The notes: generated by a model from the letters alone, not told the origin. Counted from the first letter of the whole stretch, positions 26,771-41,427 are shown. The stretch: 63,337 nucleotides of DNA, filler included, from Octopus bimaculoides (GCF_001194135.2; 3 parts of 3 records of this genome joined end to end with filler, not necessarily neighbours in it), one strand, 5' to 3'. Numbers and translations are program-made.

Positions 26771-27009
26771 ATTTACAGACATTAATGTTCAGTGTTGAAC
26801 TACGTCCATCAGCTCCACATACTTCTGGTCTTGTGTTTATGTTACAAATCACCTCCTCCTCCTCCTCATCATCATCATCATCATCATCGTTGTTGTTCTT
26901 CTTTCGTCATTTTGTGCAAAAAAAATTACACGCATGAATTATGACTTTCACCTACTTAATAACCTACTTCTAGCGCAATGTATCTAATTCCAATATCGTT
27001 CATTACACA
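26771..27009. repeat. 239-bp exact duplicate of 27549-27787 (probable assembly artefact)
   Basis: No difference found by eye; one copy starts a contig and the other ends a contig. Confidence 0.9.
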
Positions 27010-29295
27010 CACACCCTCTTGCACTCATACACACACACTCTCCGTCTCTTCTTCTCTTTCTTTATCATATTTACACTAACACACCTCCCACCGGCACATA
27101 ACTGTACACGTTAAACTTTACCTGCGCTTATACACACTTCACTTCTCACACTCATCACGCAGATATAACCATCAATGTTACAGTATAAAATGATACAAGT
27201 ACAAGGTTGTCACAACAAAGTATATATATATATGTATATATATATANNNNNNNNNNGTGTGTGTGTGTGTGTGTGCATGTGTGTGTGTATGTGTGTGTGT
27301 GTATGTATATATATATATACGTGATAGCAGTTCTTCGTATCCAAAGATCAAGGGGAACTGTAACAAGAGCGTAAGTTTAAACGATCCTTGAACGACATGC
27401 GATCTCATATGTGATCACATGTGATCCCTGTCGTCCCAGCTGTGTCTTTCACTCTTTAAATAATAAATTATCGGTCAGCACAGAGAACCAGTTTAGATTT
27501 TGACACTTTCTCCAGATTTGTTTTGCAATTACGAAAACAGACTTTATTATTTACAGACATTAATGTTCAGTGTTGAACTACGTCCATCAGCTCCACATAC
27601 TTCTGGTCTTGTGTTTATGTTACAAATCACCTCCTCCTCCTCCTCATCATCATCATCATCATCATCGTTGTTGTTCTTCTTTCGTCATTTTGTGCAAAAA
27701 AAATTACACGCATGAATTATGACTTTCACCTACTTAATAACCTACTTCTAGCGCAATGTATCTAATTCCAATATCGTTCATTACACANNNNNNNNNNNNN
27801 NNNNNNNNNNNNNNNNNNNNNNNNNNNNNNNNNNNNNNNNNNNNNNNNNNNNNNNNNNNNNNNNNNNNNNNNNNNNNNNNNNNNNNNNNNNNNNNNNNNN
27901 NNNNNNNNNNNNNNNNNNNNNNNNNNNNNNNNNNNNNNNNNNNNNNNNNNNNNNNNNNNNNNNNNNNNNNNNNNNNNNNNNNNNNNNNNNNNNNNNNNNN
28001 NNNNNNNNNNNNNNNNNNNNNNNNNNNNNNNNNNNNNNNNNNNNNNNNNNNNNNNNNNNNNNNNNNNNNNNNNNNNNNNNNNNNNNNNNNNNNNNNNNNN
28101 NNNNNNNNNNNNNNNNNNNNNNNNNNNNNNNNNNNNNNNNNNNNNNNNNNNNNNNNNNNNNNNNNNNNNNNNNNNNNNNNNNNNNNNNNNNNNNNNNNNN
28201 NNNNNNNNNNNNNNNNNNNNNNNNNNNNNNNNNNNNNNNNNNNNNNNNNNNNNNNNNNNNNNNNNNNNNNNNNNNNNNNNNNNNNNNNNNNNNNNNNNNN
28301 NNNNNNNNNNNNNNNNNNNNNNNNNNNNNNNNNNNNNNNNNNNNNNNNNNNNNNNNNNNNNNNNNNNNNNNNNNNNNNNNNNNNNNNNNNNNNNNNNNNN
28401 NNNNNNNNNNNNNNNNNNNNNNNNNNNNNNNNNNNNNNNNNNNNNNNNNNNNNNNNNNNNNNNNNNNNNNNNNNNNNNNNNNNNNNNNNNNNNNNNNNNN
28501 NNNNNNNNNNNNNNNNNNNNNNNNNNNNNNNNNNNNNNNNNNNNNNNNNNNNNNNNNNNNNNNNNNNNNNTATATATTGTTGTATTTAGAGATGGTCATG
28601 TTGCCATCTTAGCCAATAAAAACACACGCACTATATATTTGGTGTTAATTTCCTTCAGTTTTATATTACATTAATCGTATTTCAGCCAGAGTTCTTTCGT
28701 CACACTTCTGTTTCAACACACGATTTCACATTAAGAATCTTGCAAAACAAATATATATATATATATATATATTAAACATATGGCTATTCCAAACTAAAAT
28801 AGACGTGAATGTAGATGTAACAGTAACTAATAGCAGAAATATTTGTGGTAGTAGCTGTAGCTTCCGCACTTTAGGTGATTATTCTCGTCATATCGCACTG
28901 CATGCATAATTTCATCTCATAAAGAGAGAAAGGACAGAAGGTGTTCTGCATTGGTGTAAAATAACACCGATCAGATATATAGGTTTGAATCTGCTGCAGC
29001 GTATTTAGAATGAATAGATACATTATTGCTTGCATTCCCGCTGTTCTATGGAGACTCAATGAATTATTGCTTGTTTGATACAAGTTCATGCTCTTTCTTA
29101 TATGATTCATCGGTCAGGCAGTGGGATAGCTTCGAGTGAGGATACATACAACCCAGAGGAAACTTCACGGTGTTTCACGCCTAAAGAGAGGAGGTTTTAT
29201 CCGGTAGCGAACAACAGCTGCAATCATATATGCAGGTGCAAATCCGCCATAACGTATTAAGAATGAGTAGAAACGTATTGTAATATCAATACACG

Positions 29296-29440
29296 TTTCA
29301 TATTTTGGCACAAAGCCAGCAATTTTAGAGGAAGAGACTCCATTATATTGAGACTAATACTTGACTGTTACATCATTTTATCGACGCGGTTTAAAGGCAA
29401 AATTGACCCCGGTGGGATTTGAACTTAAGGCGTAAAGAAC
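29296..29440 (-). mobile_element. SINE family A, partial
   Basis: ttttggcacaaagccagcaatttt...aaaggcaaaattgaccccggtgggatttgaact. Confidence 0.75.
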
Positions 29441-29477
29441 AGTCGCACAAACGATTCAATGACGACACCACTACCGA

Positions 29478-29667
<190 letters not shown>

Positions 29668-30130
29668 TATGACATGAGTGTTCCTTGCGATCACAATATA
29701 GCGGCGAAAGAATTTGACAAGATCAGTAAATATAAAGACTTGCTAATAAAAATTGAAAAAATGTGTCATCTCAAGGCGACTACAGTACCAGTGATTGTAG
29801 GATCTCTAGGAATGATAAAAAAGGTACTGAAACCTATTTGAAAATGATACCAGGCATACCATCCCTACAGGAAGTGCAAAAAATTGTGTTAACTGGAACG
29901 ACTCATGTACTGAGAAGAGCATTATCGCTGTGAAATCAACATCCATTCATGAATTTATTTGTCTATTAATTACTTTTTGAATACATATTTTACCTGTGAA
30001 TTTGCGTGTATAAACTGGGAATGCATACAATGAGCTTCTCTGCCCTACGTGTACGGAAAACACTCGGCGAGAAATGAAAGAAAATTTGAAGAAGAAAAAA
30101 ACAACATGATAATAATAATAATGATAATAA
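29668..30130 (+). mobile_element. R4/Dong-type LINE 3' end with UTR and AAT tail
   Basis: DMSVPCDHNIAAKEFDKISKYKDLLIKIEKMCHLKATTVPVIVGSLGMIKK/...QEVQKIVLTGTTHVLRRALSL*. The UTR end ctctgcccta...acactcggc is shared with ~11945-11975. Confidence 0.88.
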
Positions 30131-30530
<400 letters not shown>

Positions 30531-31447
30531 TAATAATCGTTTCTTCATATGCTACAAGAGCAACGAGTGAGAGGAAATTATAGAACAGATTACAATAAGA
30601 TATTCAGTGACAACCATTTAGGACAATCGTTTGATGGAGATAAGGTCTTCGGCATTAGAAAACTATGATCAAATATTTTCAAGGACTTGAAAATATATCT
30701 AGTATAGAATTACTGAAAACTAATACAATGAAAACACACAGAAAGCAAGAAATATTTTCTGTCTGCAAGAAATCTACCGAATATAAAAGCCAAAATCTGA
30801 AGTGGTAAACAGCTGTAAAGGGAAAGTACATCAACAATGCGACATGCGACAACAGGATACCAAGGTAAGAGATGATGCTAAGAAATGAAATATTGGATAG
30901 AATGAAAACAGACAGAAAAGTAAAAAAAATCCCTGGATAGGTAGACCTACAGGACACAAAAGCGTGTAATTTTAATACAATAGAAATACATAAGTTTAGC
31001 TCTGTACACATCGAAGGCGTAGAGAATTTTATCCAGTAGTGATTAAAAAACACGTAATGAAATTGATTATTATTATGAAACAAGTCATAGTAGAAAATTA
31101 ATTAAAATCACTGGTGTAATGTTAGATAAAGCCTCAGAATCAGTGCGAACGGAATCTTATGTGAATTCTTCGCAATTAATGAACTAGGTACTGTTTTACA
31201 CTTATAAACGAAAGTGTAGTGGATAAGAACTGTTAGAAACGCATTGTATTAACGGTTGAAACAGAACTAAATGAAGATAATTAAGTAATGAGTATCGATA
31301 TTGTGCAGGGTGGGCCAGAAGTCACGCACAAACTAAGTTCAATACGCTCTAGAATTGTCAAAGACATGCTTAAACTTTTCTAAAGATGAATAAAATAAAT
31401 AAAATAATGATGAATTCGCACGTGCCTGTACATGATGGACAAAATGA

Positions 31448-31494
<47 letters not shown>

Positions 31495-31495
<1 letters not shown>

Positions 31496-31860
31496 TACAA
31501 AGACCTGGAAATAGAGATACAAAATACAAAGACCTGGAAATAGAGATAACTCGAATGTGGAATCTAAAAACAGAAACAATTCCTATCATAGTAGGTGCCT
31601 TAGGTATAATAAAAAAAAGTTTCAACATCGTTAACTGGTCAATTACTGAAATATGTAATGTTGACAGAAAAATACGAAAACTGTTGACAATGCATAGAAT
31701 GCACCACCCTAAGGCAGTTATAGAACGTCTTTATCTGCCAAGAAAAGAAGGAGGCCGAGGACTTCTACAGCTGGCATTATCAATGAAAGTAGCCACAATT
31801 GGCCTAGACACCTATCTGAAAAACTCTGAGGACTGGATGCTAAAACTTGTCTTAAAATAT
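31495..31860 (+). mobile_element. Rearranged R4/Dong-type LINE: RLE segment fused upstream of thumb segment
   Basis: KYKDLEIEITRMWNLKTETIPIIVGALGIIKK joined in frame to SFNIVNW...DRKIRKLLTMHRMHHPKAVIERLYLPRKEGGRGLL; 25-bp direct repeat at the 5' end. Confidence 0.85.
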
Positions 31861-31904
31861 NNNNNNNNNNNNNNNNNNNNNNNNNNNNNNNNNNNNNNNN
31901 NNNN

Positions 31905-31916
31905 TTAATTAATTAA
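31905..31916. other. Scaffolding linker TTAATTAATTAA in a 44N-12-44N gap
   Basis: Palindromic 12-mer with stops in all six frames; identical 100-bp layout at 62190-62289. Confidence 0.9.
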
Positions 31917-31960
31917 NNNNNNNNNNNNNNNNNNNNNNNNNNNNNNNNNNNNNNNNNNNN

Positions 31961-31991
<31 letters not shown>

Positions 31992-33118
31992 ATATGTATG
32001 TATGTATGTAAGTATGTATGTATGAATGTATGTATGTATACATGTATTTATGTATGTATGTGTGTATATAATATGTCATTGTTGGTCCATTATTGAATGA
32101 ATATTATTACTACTTGATCTTCTTGCTCTCATATACAACGACATTTTTAAAGTTTTGACGTCAATGCATTAAATAAGCAAGATGTTAAAACATTGAGACA
32201 TTTCTATTATTGCTCGAAGTAACGAAATCGTGTTGACGTCATTGCTATTCCTTCTTCAGAAACAGATAGTCAATATTCTGAAAGACATGGATATATATTC
32301 TTGTAGCGTCCATTATCATCAGAAGGAAAGAAGAAAAAAAAACAGAAACTAAACGACATGTAACATTGTTAGTAATTTGAAAAGGTCATATAATATTAAA
32401 CATTGCAATAGGCACACAGACAGACTGACATGCAGAGACACAGAGAGATAGATGGAGAGACATACAGGTAGACAGAACGTTGGTCTGAGCATCTATGGCA
32501 TCATTCTCAATATCGTATTCATTTAACTTATATATTTATCGACATGCGTGTGCAATGCGCATATGCGTATGTGTGCGTGCGCACGTGTGTCTGTCGTATA
32601 ACTATATGCAGACACATATACATTAATACACACATACATTAATATATATATATATATATATANNNNNNNNNNNNNNNNNNNNNNNNNNNNNNNNNNNNNN
32701 NNNNNNNNNNNNNNNNNNNNNNNNNNNNNNNNNNNNNNNNNNNNNNNNNNNNNNNNNNNNNNNNNNNNNNNNNNNNNNNNNNNNNNNNNNNNNNNNNNNN
32801 NNNNNNNNNNNNNNNNNNNNNNNNNNNNNNNNNNNNNNNNNNNNNNNNNNNNNNNNNNNNNNNNNNNNNNNNNNNNNNNNNNNNNNNNNNNNNNNNNNNN
32901 NNNNNNNNNNNNNNNNNNNNNNNNNNNNNNNNNNNNNNNNNNNNNNNNNNNNNNNNNNNNNNNNNNNNNNNNNNNNNNNNNNNNNNNNNNNNNNNNNNNN
33001 NNNNNNNNNNNNNNNNNNNNNNNNNNNNNNNNNNNNNNNNNNNNNNNNNNNNNNNNNNNNNNNNNNNNNNNNNNNNNNNNNNNNNTATATATACATATGT
33101 ATGTGTGTGTATTATACA

Positions 33119-33165
<47 letters not shown>

Positions 33166-33950
33166 TTATGTATGTATGTATGCATGCATGTATGTATTAT
33201 ACTTATAGTTGTGTCTGGTGGAGTGTATTTGGGTAGATGTGAACAGGAGCTATATATATGCGTGTCCCTGTAAGCGTATACGAGTACGTATGTTTTTGTA
33301 TGTATGCATCTGCGTATATATATATATGTGTTTGCGTGTGGGTGTGTGTATGTGTGTGTGTGCCTGTGATCGAGTGTCTTCAGCGTTATATTAGATGCCT
33401 TCTGTAGAATCTTCGTTTCTATGCTCCCTTTTTTGTAACTTCTATTGTAATGAGTAAATGAAAAATGTGAACTCCTCGTATTAATTTCCTGGATCTTGCA
33501 TTAATAATATTGCTTCCTTTTAACGTATGACTTATATTTATTATTCTTGTATCTTCTTGTTATTTTTGCTATTTATCAAAGTAATATTCGCTTTCATAGT
33601 GAGTCGTCAGTATTTCGTTGAATCAGTTACGATAGCTTCATGGATACCTTAACAACATTATATTTTACATATTTTCTATGTATGTACTTGTTTCACTGTA
33701 TATCTATGTGTATTAATATGCTTCTATCTTACTAAGGAGAAAAATGACACGCACGCAGAGAAAACATACTGCAATAACATCATATCTATACATGCAGACG
33801 GTAATATACTTGAGCATATATATCCTTGTGTATGTATGTATGTATGTATGTATGTATGTATGTATGTATGTATTTATGTATGCATGTACGTATGTACGTA
33901 TGCGTGCATACATGTATGTATGTATGAATATATATACATATATATATGCG

Positions 33951-33996
<46 letters not shown>

Positions 33997-35391
33997 CGCG
34001 AGCGTGTGTAGATGCATACATTTATATGTATAGATAAATATATATGTATATAAACATATACATTTATGCATATATATATACAAATAAATGCATATATATA
34101 TATAAATAGATGCATATACATACATATATATATATACATATTTATACAGGTAAATACAGACACAATATTTCTATACATGTGAGTGTGTGTAAGCGAGTGT
34201 ATACCACAGTGTGCTCGTGCACGTGTGATTTTATAGCAATAGTTATTTATATCGCATTACCGTCTTAGAAGTCTTTCACCATAGCGAATATTATGAACCT
34301 CAGTTAATTCAATACCCTAGTGGACCATTGTGAGGCGAAAGTTAAAATTCCGTTAACTCTGCTTACCCTATATCTATATGACCCCTTCATCGACCACAGT
34401 ATTGATGCTGTCCCTCTCTTCAGTCAGTAATTATCTCATGCTACTTATTATTCAATAATAACGTGCATCCTTCATTTCCGTCATTTGATGTGTACGATAT
34501 TTGTTCTATTACTGACAACACTTACTTTTCAAACTGACTGTGTGTAACACAAACCCGCTTATTAACATTTAATTTTAACTATATTCATTTAACCTCACGT
34601 ACCGAAGCAGTTAATTCTCTCTCAAAATTTCAATTGTGCGTTTTTTTTATTTAGTGGCAGCTGTTAGTTATATGTTCTACCTTTTACTGAACAATTTATA
34701 TCTGTTTTGAACACTATTGTTACGTAAATATGACGAAAGTAATTCAGTTTTTTTTTTTCGTCTATTTGTCAAGAATGGCGATTTTAGTATATGGTACTCC
34801 ACGAGGCTTCGGAAGCTGGTAGAAGTGAGGGAGAAAGGTATCTTTAAATCGGAGACCTCACCTGAATATTACAACGGAGTAGACTTTGCTAAAGAAACTC
34901 AAGTTTCAATGGTGATCGCTTTAAACCAGCTGATGATTAAATCTACCATCAACGTGGGCCACGATGGGATGTGAAGACAAATTGCAGCGAATGAAAAGAG
35001 ATGCAAAAAAAGCATCGAGTGTGACCTTATTGCCCTTCTGCCCGTTCACACCCCTTAGTTGGTACATATTTACCGAGCCCAAAAGTGAGAAAAGCAAAGT
35101 AACATAATTACAGTTATAAACAGAAGCGAATGTATTGTAAAACTATTAAAATTAATAAATGATAAAAGCGCACTACTAAAGATTCAGGATGACAACCGTA
35201 TTTGCTTTGAATTCTTACATTAGTTCGACATACTTTACTCTCGCACAATGATTCGGAATTTTGCCCAGACTGTATGTATGCAAATATGTGTGTTTGTATA
35301 TGTGTTTGTGAGTGTATGTGTGTGTATGTGTGCATATTTGTGTATTATATTTATGCATGTGTATGTACGTATGTATATGTGTGTGTATGGA

Positions 35392-35446
<55 letters not shown>

Positions 35447-35724
35447 TATTTCAGGTGTTAACCGTGAAATTCACTCTAATAAGCTAATCCACAGTTTCAG
35501 GCTGTCAGACAAGATAGTAATCTGATAATCGTTTTATCAAGCGTGACTGAAAATTAACAAATATCTGTAGAGTATTTACAATTATAACTAGGAAGGATGC
35601 CGTGATCAAGTCTTTCTATAACATGAATGTATAATTGTTTCATGTGTAGTACGGTCTGATGTCTTTAATCCCATTAATTTCACATTGTTTCCATTACAAG
35701 GAGCATAAATAACAAATTCCTTTA

Positions 35725-36330
35725 GTTCAGAGATTCCTGTCTGCTATACGGTGTAGCGTACTGACATATTTCAGGAATTATCACAAAACTGGCCAAAGAA
35801 ATTTGATATTAGAATATTGTTTTCTTGTAGAAACACTGCAACTGTGTTTGTTATATTCTTCATTGCCTGAAAAAAAGATGGGGATAAATCTGAGAAAACG
35901 TTCCACTGGTTGATTTCCACAAATGTACCGGGTATGAGTAAACGTCAGTTGATCAACATGCAAGATACTCGAAGTGGAATCGACGCTAATTGAATGATAA
36001 ATTGACTGTTTGATTTCTTTCAAAATTGCACAAAATACCTGCTGACTAATTATTTCAATAAATTCTTCACCAATGTTTACCGATGCATGTGACTGATCGA
36101 TTTCTTTCTTGAATTTCCCTACAAAATTAAATGTTCTGCCGAAACAGGTACAACTCCATCCTACAGAGTACCGCTTGAATGACAAAAACTGTTCGCCTTT
36201 ATTTATTTATCTATTTGCTTTGAGGAGTCAGTCGTTTACTTCTCACGAAATGCCAGATCTCTGGAGCAAAGAAAGTAGATGAGAGAGACCACAATCACTT
36301 GTTGCGGTTGATGTTACTCATTCCAAAATT
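35725..36330 (-). mobile_element. hAT-superfamily transposase fragment
   Basis: FLCSRDLAFR ... EEFIEIISQQVFCAILKEIKQSIYHSISVDSTSSILHVDQLTF..RYI..QPVERFLRFIP ... GQFCDNS*NMS (first two catalytic Asp motifs). Confidence 0.8.
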
Positions 36331-37735
36331 TCTGAATGTCAGTTAAATTTTTCTCTTCGTTCTGCATTTCTTTTTCTTTCTTGTACTCCACTAGCACATA
36401 CACAAATCATTTCTGCTAAAATATCACAACAAAATTATAATTTACAAAAATCATTACTTTCAAAGCTGAAATCATTTTAATACGACGGGCACAATTTTAA
36501 TGAAAAAATGTCATATAAAATTATCAAATCAAATGCCCTTTTAGGCTTTCGAAATATTTTAAAATTATGTAATGTGACGTAATTCAGATTTCAAAATTTT
36601 CTTTCACAGTGTTTTATTAATATTAGCTTAGCGGAGGTAGAATTCTTTTGCGCATTTGATGTTCACTCTTTGCTGTATATCCTCAAGTTCATTGGTATCG
36701 TATATTTATGTATGTATTATAAAATAGAGAAATTATGAGCAGAGTTTCTCTGAACACATTTCACCTGTTTGCTTAGAATTGTCTCAGAGTTCATTCAAAT
36801 TTGAACAAGCCTAGGAAACTTACATTAGGACAGTCACTTTGCATTAAAAATTTAAAGACATATATATATTAAAGACGCCAGAAAGTGATAAACTGTTACT
36901 ATACCGGCCATGCTAGGTAATGAATACGAAAGAATACTGACATAACTCAAGGCTAAAAGTCAATTTAATACCTGATTTTCTATATCTGGTATTTGTTTTT
37001 CATAAAATGAGAGCCGGATTTCTCTTTATTGAAGCTACTATCTGATAATATGAAGCAGAGGTAACGTGCTTGTCTCTCAACTGCAAAATAATGTTGCTGC
37101 TGAATCTTTCTCAAAAGCACTCTACCACAATGAAAATGGTTAAATATTCAGGATACGTTTCTATTGGCTATATGTCAACAGAAACAATGGGATGCAACGG
37201 CTATAATACCGTCATAAAAATAAAATTTCGATGCACAGGAGATAAATTGTCTGCATACACATCTATCGTAGAACGGTATACTGTAAATCTCAGTCTAATA
37301 AGCATTAATACGCGTTCAAAAATAGGATTTGGAGATGAAACCTCAGGCAAAAATTTTAATTTCCTCATACGAAACCAAAATGCAACATTGAGAAAGGATT
37401 TATTTAAAGGTGCAATTGTTTATAGTAAACGTTGCTGAAGATACCAGCAAATCAAAAATAGTGAGTGCTGTTCCAACATCACATGTTCTCACAGAATTCA
37501 TATAAAAATGGAAAGTATTCAATCGTACAAACGTGCACAGGTAATATTAATAAGCACAAAACAAATATATCTGGCAAGCCTACAAATCTACATTTTAAAA
37601 TATTACTTTAAAAATGTTACTTTCAAGAAATTTCAAAGAATATCAGATACAACGGACTCTTGACAATAATTCAATAAACGTTTTCAAAACACCAGGAAAA
37701 AAACACATTCTGTTCTAAGTTATTCACTGTTCAAA

Positions 37736-37978
37736 CTAGACAAAAGTCTCTTTTTTAAAGATGAGGTTGCCATGCAACTTATAAATCTTGTTCAATATAT
37801 AGACATTAGTATATAGTCCACATTGTAAAGTGGTTCGCGTTTGGAAAGGCATTCAGCTAGACAAAAGTATTTTCTTAAGGATGTGATTGCCATGCAACTT
37901 ATAAATCTTATTCAGTATGTAGACATCAGTATATAGTCCACATTATAAAGTGGTTGGCGTTTGGAAGGGCGTCTAGCT
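37736..37978. repeat. Diverged 121-bp tandem duplication
   Basis: ctagacaaaagt at 37736 and 37857; shared ttgccatgcaacttataaatctt and agtatatagtccacatt.taaagtggtt. Confidence 0.85.
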
Positions 37979-38215
37979 GTAAACACCATCCCAAAACTAA
38001 ACTCGTCTGGACTGGCGCCACTTAAAAAAAGCACTCAGTGCACTCTGCAGGCTGGTTGGTGTTAGGGAGAGCATGCAGATGTAAAAGACATGCCAAAGCA
38101 GACAATGAAGCCTGGTGCAGTCTTCAACTTAGGCAGTTCCTGTCAAACTGTCCAACCCGTGTCATCCTAGAACGCAAACGTGAAAGGATGATCATGTCCA
38201 TTATTATGATGAGAC
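37940..38215 (+). mobile_element. Degenerate retroposon 3' tail (RTE-type LINE or partner SINE)
   Basis: Two copies of gtggttgg(c/t)gt(t)..g.a..gc...cag/tag.tgta and a terminal tgtcaaactgtccaaccc...gatgatc; family assignment is recalled, not verified. Confidence 0.4.
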
Positions 38216-38269
38216 ATCATAAATGACACATAAAGAATATATATATAACTTAGATAAAACTTAGATATG

Positions 38270-39655
38270 GTTCGACCAAAGATCTGTTTTGGGACACTGT
38301 TAAATAGGGCAGGGCTTGTTCAGGAAAAGAAATTGTGTTGCAGTGTATTTATGCGTTGTGATCCTGAATTGGGTAGGGAACATGTGGCCTGTAGTCATAG
38401 CCTTGGATGAATTCTGAAGCTAATGTTAAGGTCGTTTGGGCAATGCTGGCGATGTATTCTCCACATCGTGCAAATGATGTACCGCTCGCGGCGGCGCTGG
38501 AGAGAGTAGAATTTCAATGTTTTAAGGTGGTCCCAGCAATCGAGATTAGTTATGCCCTTCATTCGTTTAGTGAATGCCCTCTGAGGTGATTCAATTTTTG
38601 AGATGTTTTGTTTTGTTTGGAGAGACTACAGGGGCAGCAATATTCGAGGTGTGGCTTTACAAAGGAGGAGAAAAGCGGAATGATGACACCTTGTTCTCTG
38701 GACCGGAAAGTTCTTAAGATCGAGGAGCTCATCCTACGAGCAATATCGACCTTATTGTTGATGTGGGGCACTCCAACTGACATTGTTATCAGCAATTACT
38801 CCTAGGTCTCTGATATTATTAGAGAGATTTCCCTAAAGGAAGAGAGTATGGTCGTTTTAGTATAGTCTTTTTCCAAAATGCATCAGCTCAAATTTTCCCT
38901 CGTTTAGTTGCAATTTTGTTTTTATCTGCCCATTGACTTACAGCATATAGATCAGACTGGAGTTGAGTTCGGTCTTCTTCTTCATTGATGATTTTCTGGA
39001 GCTAAGTGTCGTCAGCAAATATTTTCACTTTACTGTGTTTTACGACGCTGGAAATGTCGTTTATATAGATTATAAAGAAGAGCGGGACCAAGACAGTGCT
39101 CTGAGGGACACCACTGGTGACTTTTGCTGAGCTTCAGTGGACTCTATTGACCGCAACATGTTGTGTTCTGTTCACCAGAAAATACCTAATTCAGTGTAGA
39201 AGTTTTCACGGATTCCAACATTTGCCAATTTTGACAGTAAGATATTATGGCCAACCCTGTCGAACGCTTTGCTGAAATCAAGATATATGACATCAGAGTT
39301 CGAACCTGTTTCCAAGGTTTTAAGTATATCATCGATGTGGTGTGTAAGAGCTGTGTTAGACAGTCCTTGCCACAGCGAAAGCCATGCTGATTTGCATTTA
39401 GGAGTTTGTGGATCTCCAGGAAGCCAACTATCCTTGATCTTACCACTCTTTCAAACACTTTAATGATGTGGGAGGTGAGTGATATTGGGTGATAGTTGAC
39501 TGCGAGGGATCTGTTTCCCTGTTTGAAAACCGGCATGACAGACTGGGACAGGAGCTGCTTCGGTATATAACCTCAGTCTAAAGAATTTCTCCAGAGGTTG
39601 GTATCTACATTCCTTAAAATAGCTGCAACAACAATACCATCACTAGCCCATAGTT
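38270..39655 (-). mobile_element. CR1/L2-type LINE reverse transcriptase, 5'-truncated pseudogene
   Basis: PVFKQGNRSLAVNYHPISLTSHIIKVFER...NQHGFR...VIYLDFSKAFDRV...SGVPQSTVLVPLLFIIYIND...KIFADDT (39008-39019)...FVKPHLEYC...LQRRRERY; several frameshifts and stops. Confidence 0.92.
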
Positions 39656-40041
39656 CCGCGTAGAAGAGCAGCAACTATTCTCCTCTGCCTACGTCTACCT
39701 ATCACCACCTACTGACTCTGCAACTGTAAAAGAATAGACTTGACAGTGGACAGTATACGACATTTAAATATAACGGGGAAGAAGTACCCATGGGTCAAGC
39801 ATCAACGTGTGACCAACTACCTGCATACCTGTGTGTGTGTGTTCGATGAGATATGATCGAGAGTGATATCTTTACAACATTAATATAAACCTTAATATTT
39901 TGAAAATTAGTCCGCGAATATTTGGCTAGTGTAAATATGCAGGAAGTACGTTAATGTAGTGGTTATCATAATGGGGACTATAAATTAGAGAAGGACTAAT
40001 ATTGGAAATCAACTCTATCTTAATGTTCAATGTTTTGTACA

Positions 40042-40271
40042 GGTGTAGCTATGTAGTAAGAAGCTTGCTTTCCAACCAAGTGGTTCAAGGTTCAGGGCTC
40101 AGTCCCACTGCGTGGCACCTTGGTCAAAAGTCTTCTACTATAGCCTCGCGCTGACCAAAGCCTTGTGAGTGGATTTGGTTGACGGAAACTGAAAGAGGTC
40201 CGCCGTATATATGTGTGTGTGTGCGTGTGTGCGTGTGTGCGTGTTTGCGTGTGTGCTTGTGCATGTTTATA

Positions 40272-40318
<47 letters not shown>

Positions 40319-40538
40319 CTGTGTGTCTTTAAGTCTGTGTTTCTTCCCCAACACCGCTTGACAAATGGTACTGGTGTGTTTACGTATCCGTAACTTAGCG
40401 GTTTGGCAAAAGGGAACCAATATAATAGGCGCTAGGCTTAAAGAGAAATAAAAGTACTGGCGTCGATACATAGGACTAAAAGTTCTTGAAGGCGGTGCCC
40501 CAGCATGGCTGCAGTCTAATAACTGAGGCAACCGAAAG
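40042..40538 (+). mobile_element. SINE family B, full length with internal (TG/TA)n
   Basis: tRNA-like head, ggcaccttggtcaaaagtcttctactatagcc core (CORE-like), microsatellite, tail ending gaaggcggtgccccagcatggctgcagtc. Confidence 0.85.
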
Positions 40539-41427
40539 GTTCAATGACTTCCCCTTTAAATATAAACATGTAAGTAAAAAATAAAAGAAATATTACCGTT
40601 CCTTTACATTAAAGACCTTAATGAATAACTATAGTAAAACGAAGGCATCGAATGTTCACATGCAATGCCTAAATAATCTCTTTAAAAGAGTATACAGATT
40701 CATCTATGCAAACTAAGCATTATATGAAAGGTATTGCGAAATAAAAGAGAAATTAATCATCAACAATTGCTGAAAATAATGAACCAAACCATAGAAAAAT
40801 ACAGGTACAAATCCAAATTAATAATCACAAAAGCCAATGTAGATATTAAAAGCAAATAACCCACACATAAAATGTATAATATGAGTTTATTATCGAAAGC
40901 TACATACAGCAACAGAAAACGCATTGCAACCAATCATAAACGAAATACATATTACAAAAAAAACCCACTTTAAAGTGCTTTTGCATGCTGCAAATACTCA
41001 AGCATGTTAATAATCAGCAATGGGAGTCACGTACAAAATTGATATTAGATTGCGAACGTAAAGGTTATATAGTTCATGACTTTAAATGTTGCGTTACCAA
41101 CTATCACACATTTTTGTCTGCGTATGATGTACTAATAGCAATTAAAAGAAAGAAACAGATAAAACGAGATATGAATTAGTAATTAATGCATACATCCTGT
41201 AACTGAATTCGCTCATAACATAAGCGAGTGATGATGGACGTAATATTAATAACATAATATAATGCAAAAGCCAATATACAGATACTGTACACAAACAAAA
41301 AACAAAATGAACAATTATTGCATTGTTGAACAGAAGTGGAGAATTTAGTTGGTTGCTTAAGCTAACAGACATGGTCGCTAAACCTCATTCTGGTCATTCC
41401 CTACTATTTTAAGATGTATATATATAA

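Noticed and set aside
37070-37438. 122-aa non-repetitive ORF
   Set aside because: TTG start, no recognisable motif or splice signals; plausible by chance or a decayed TE.
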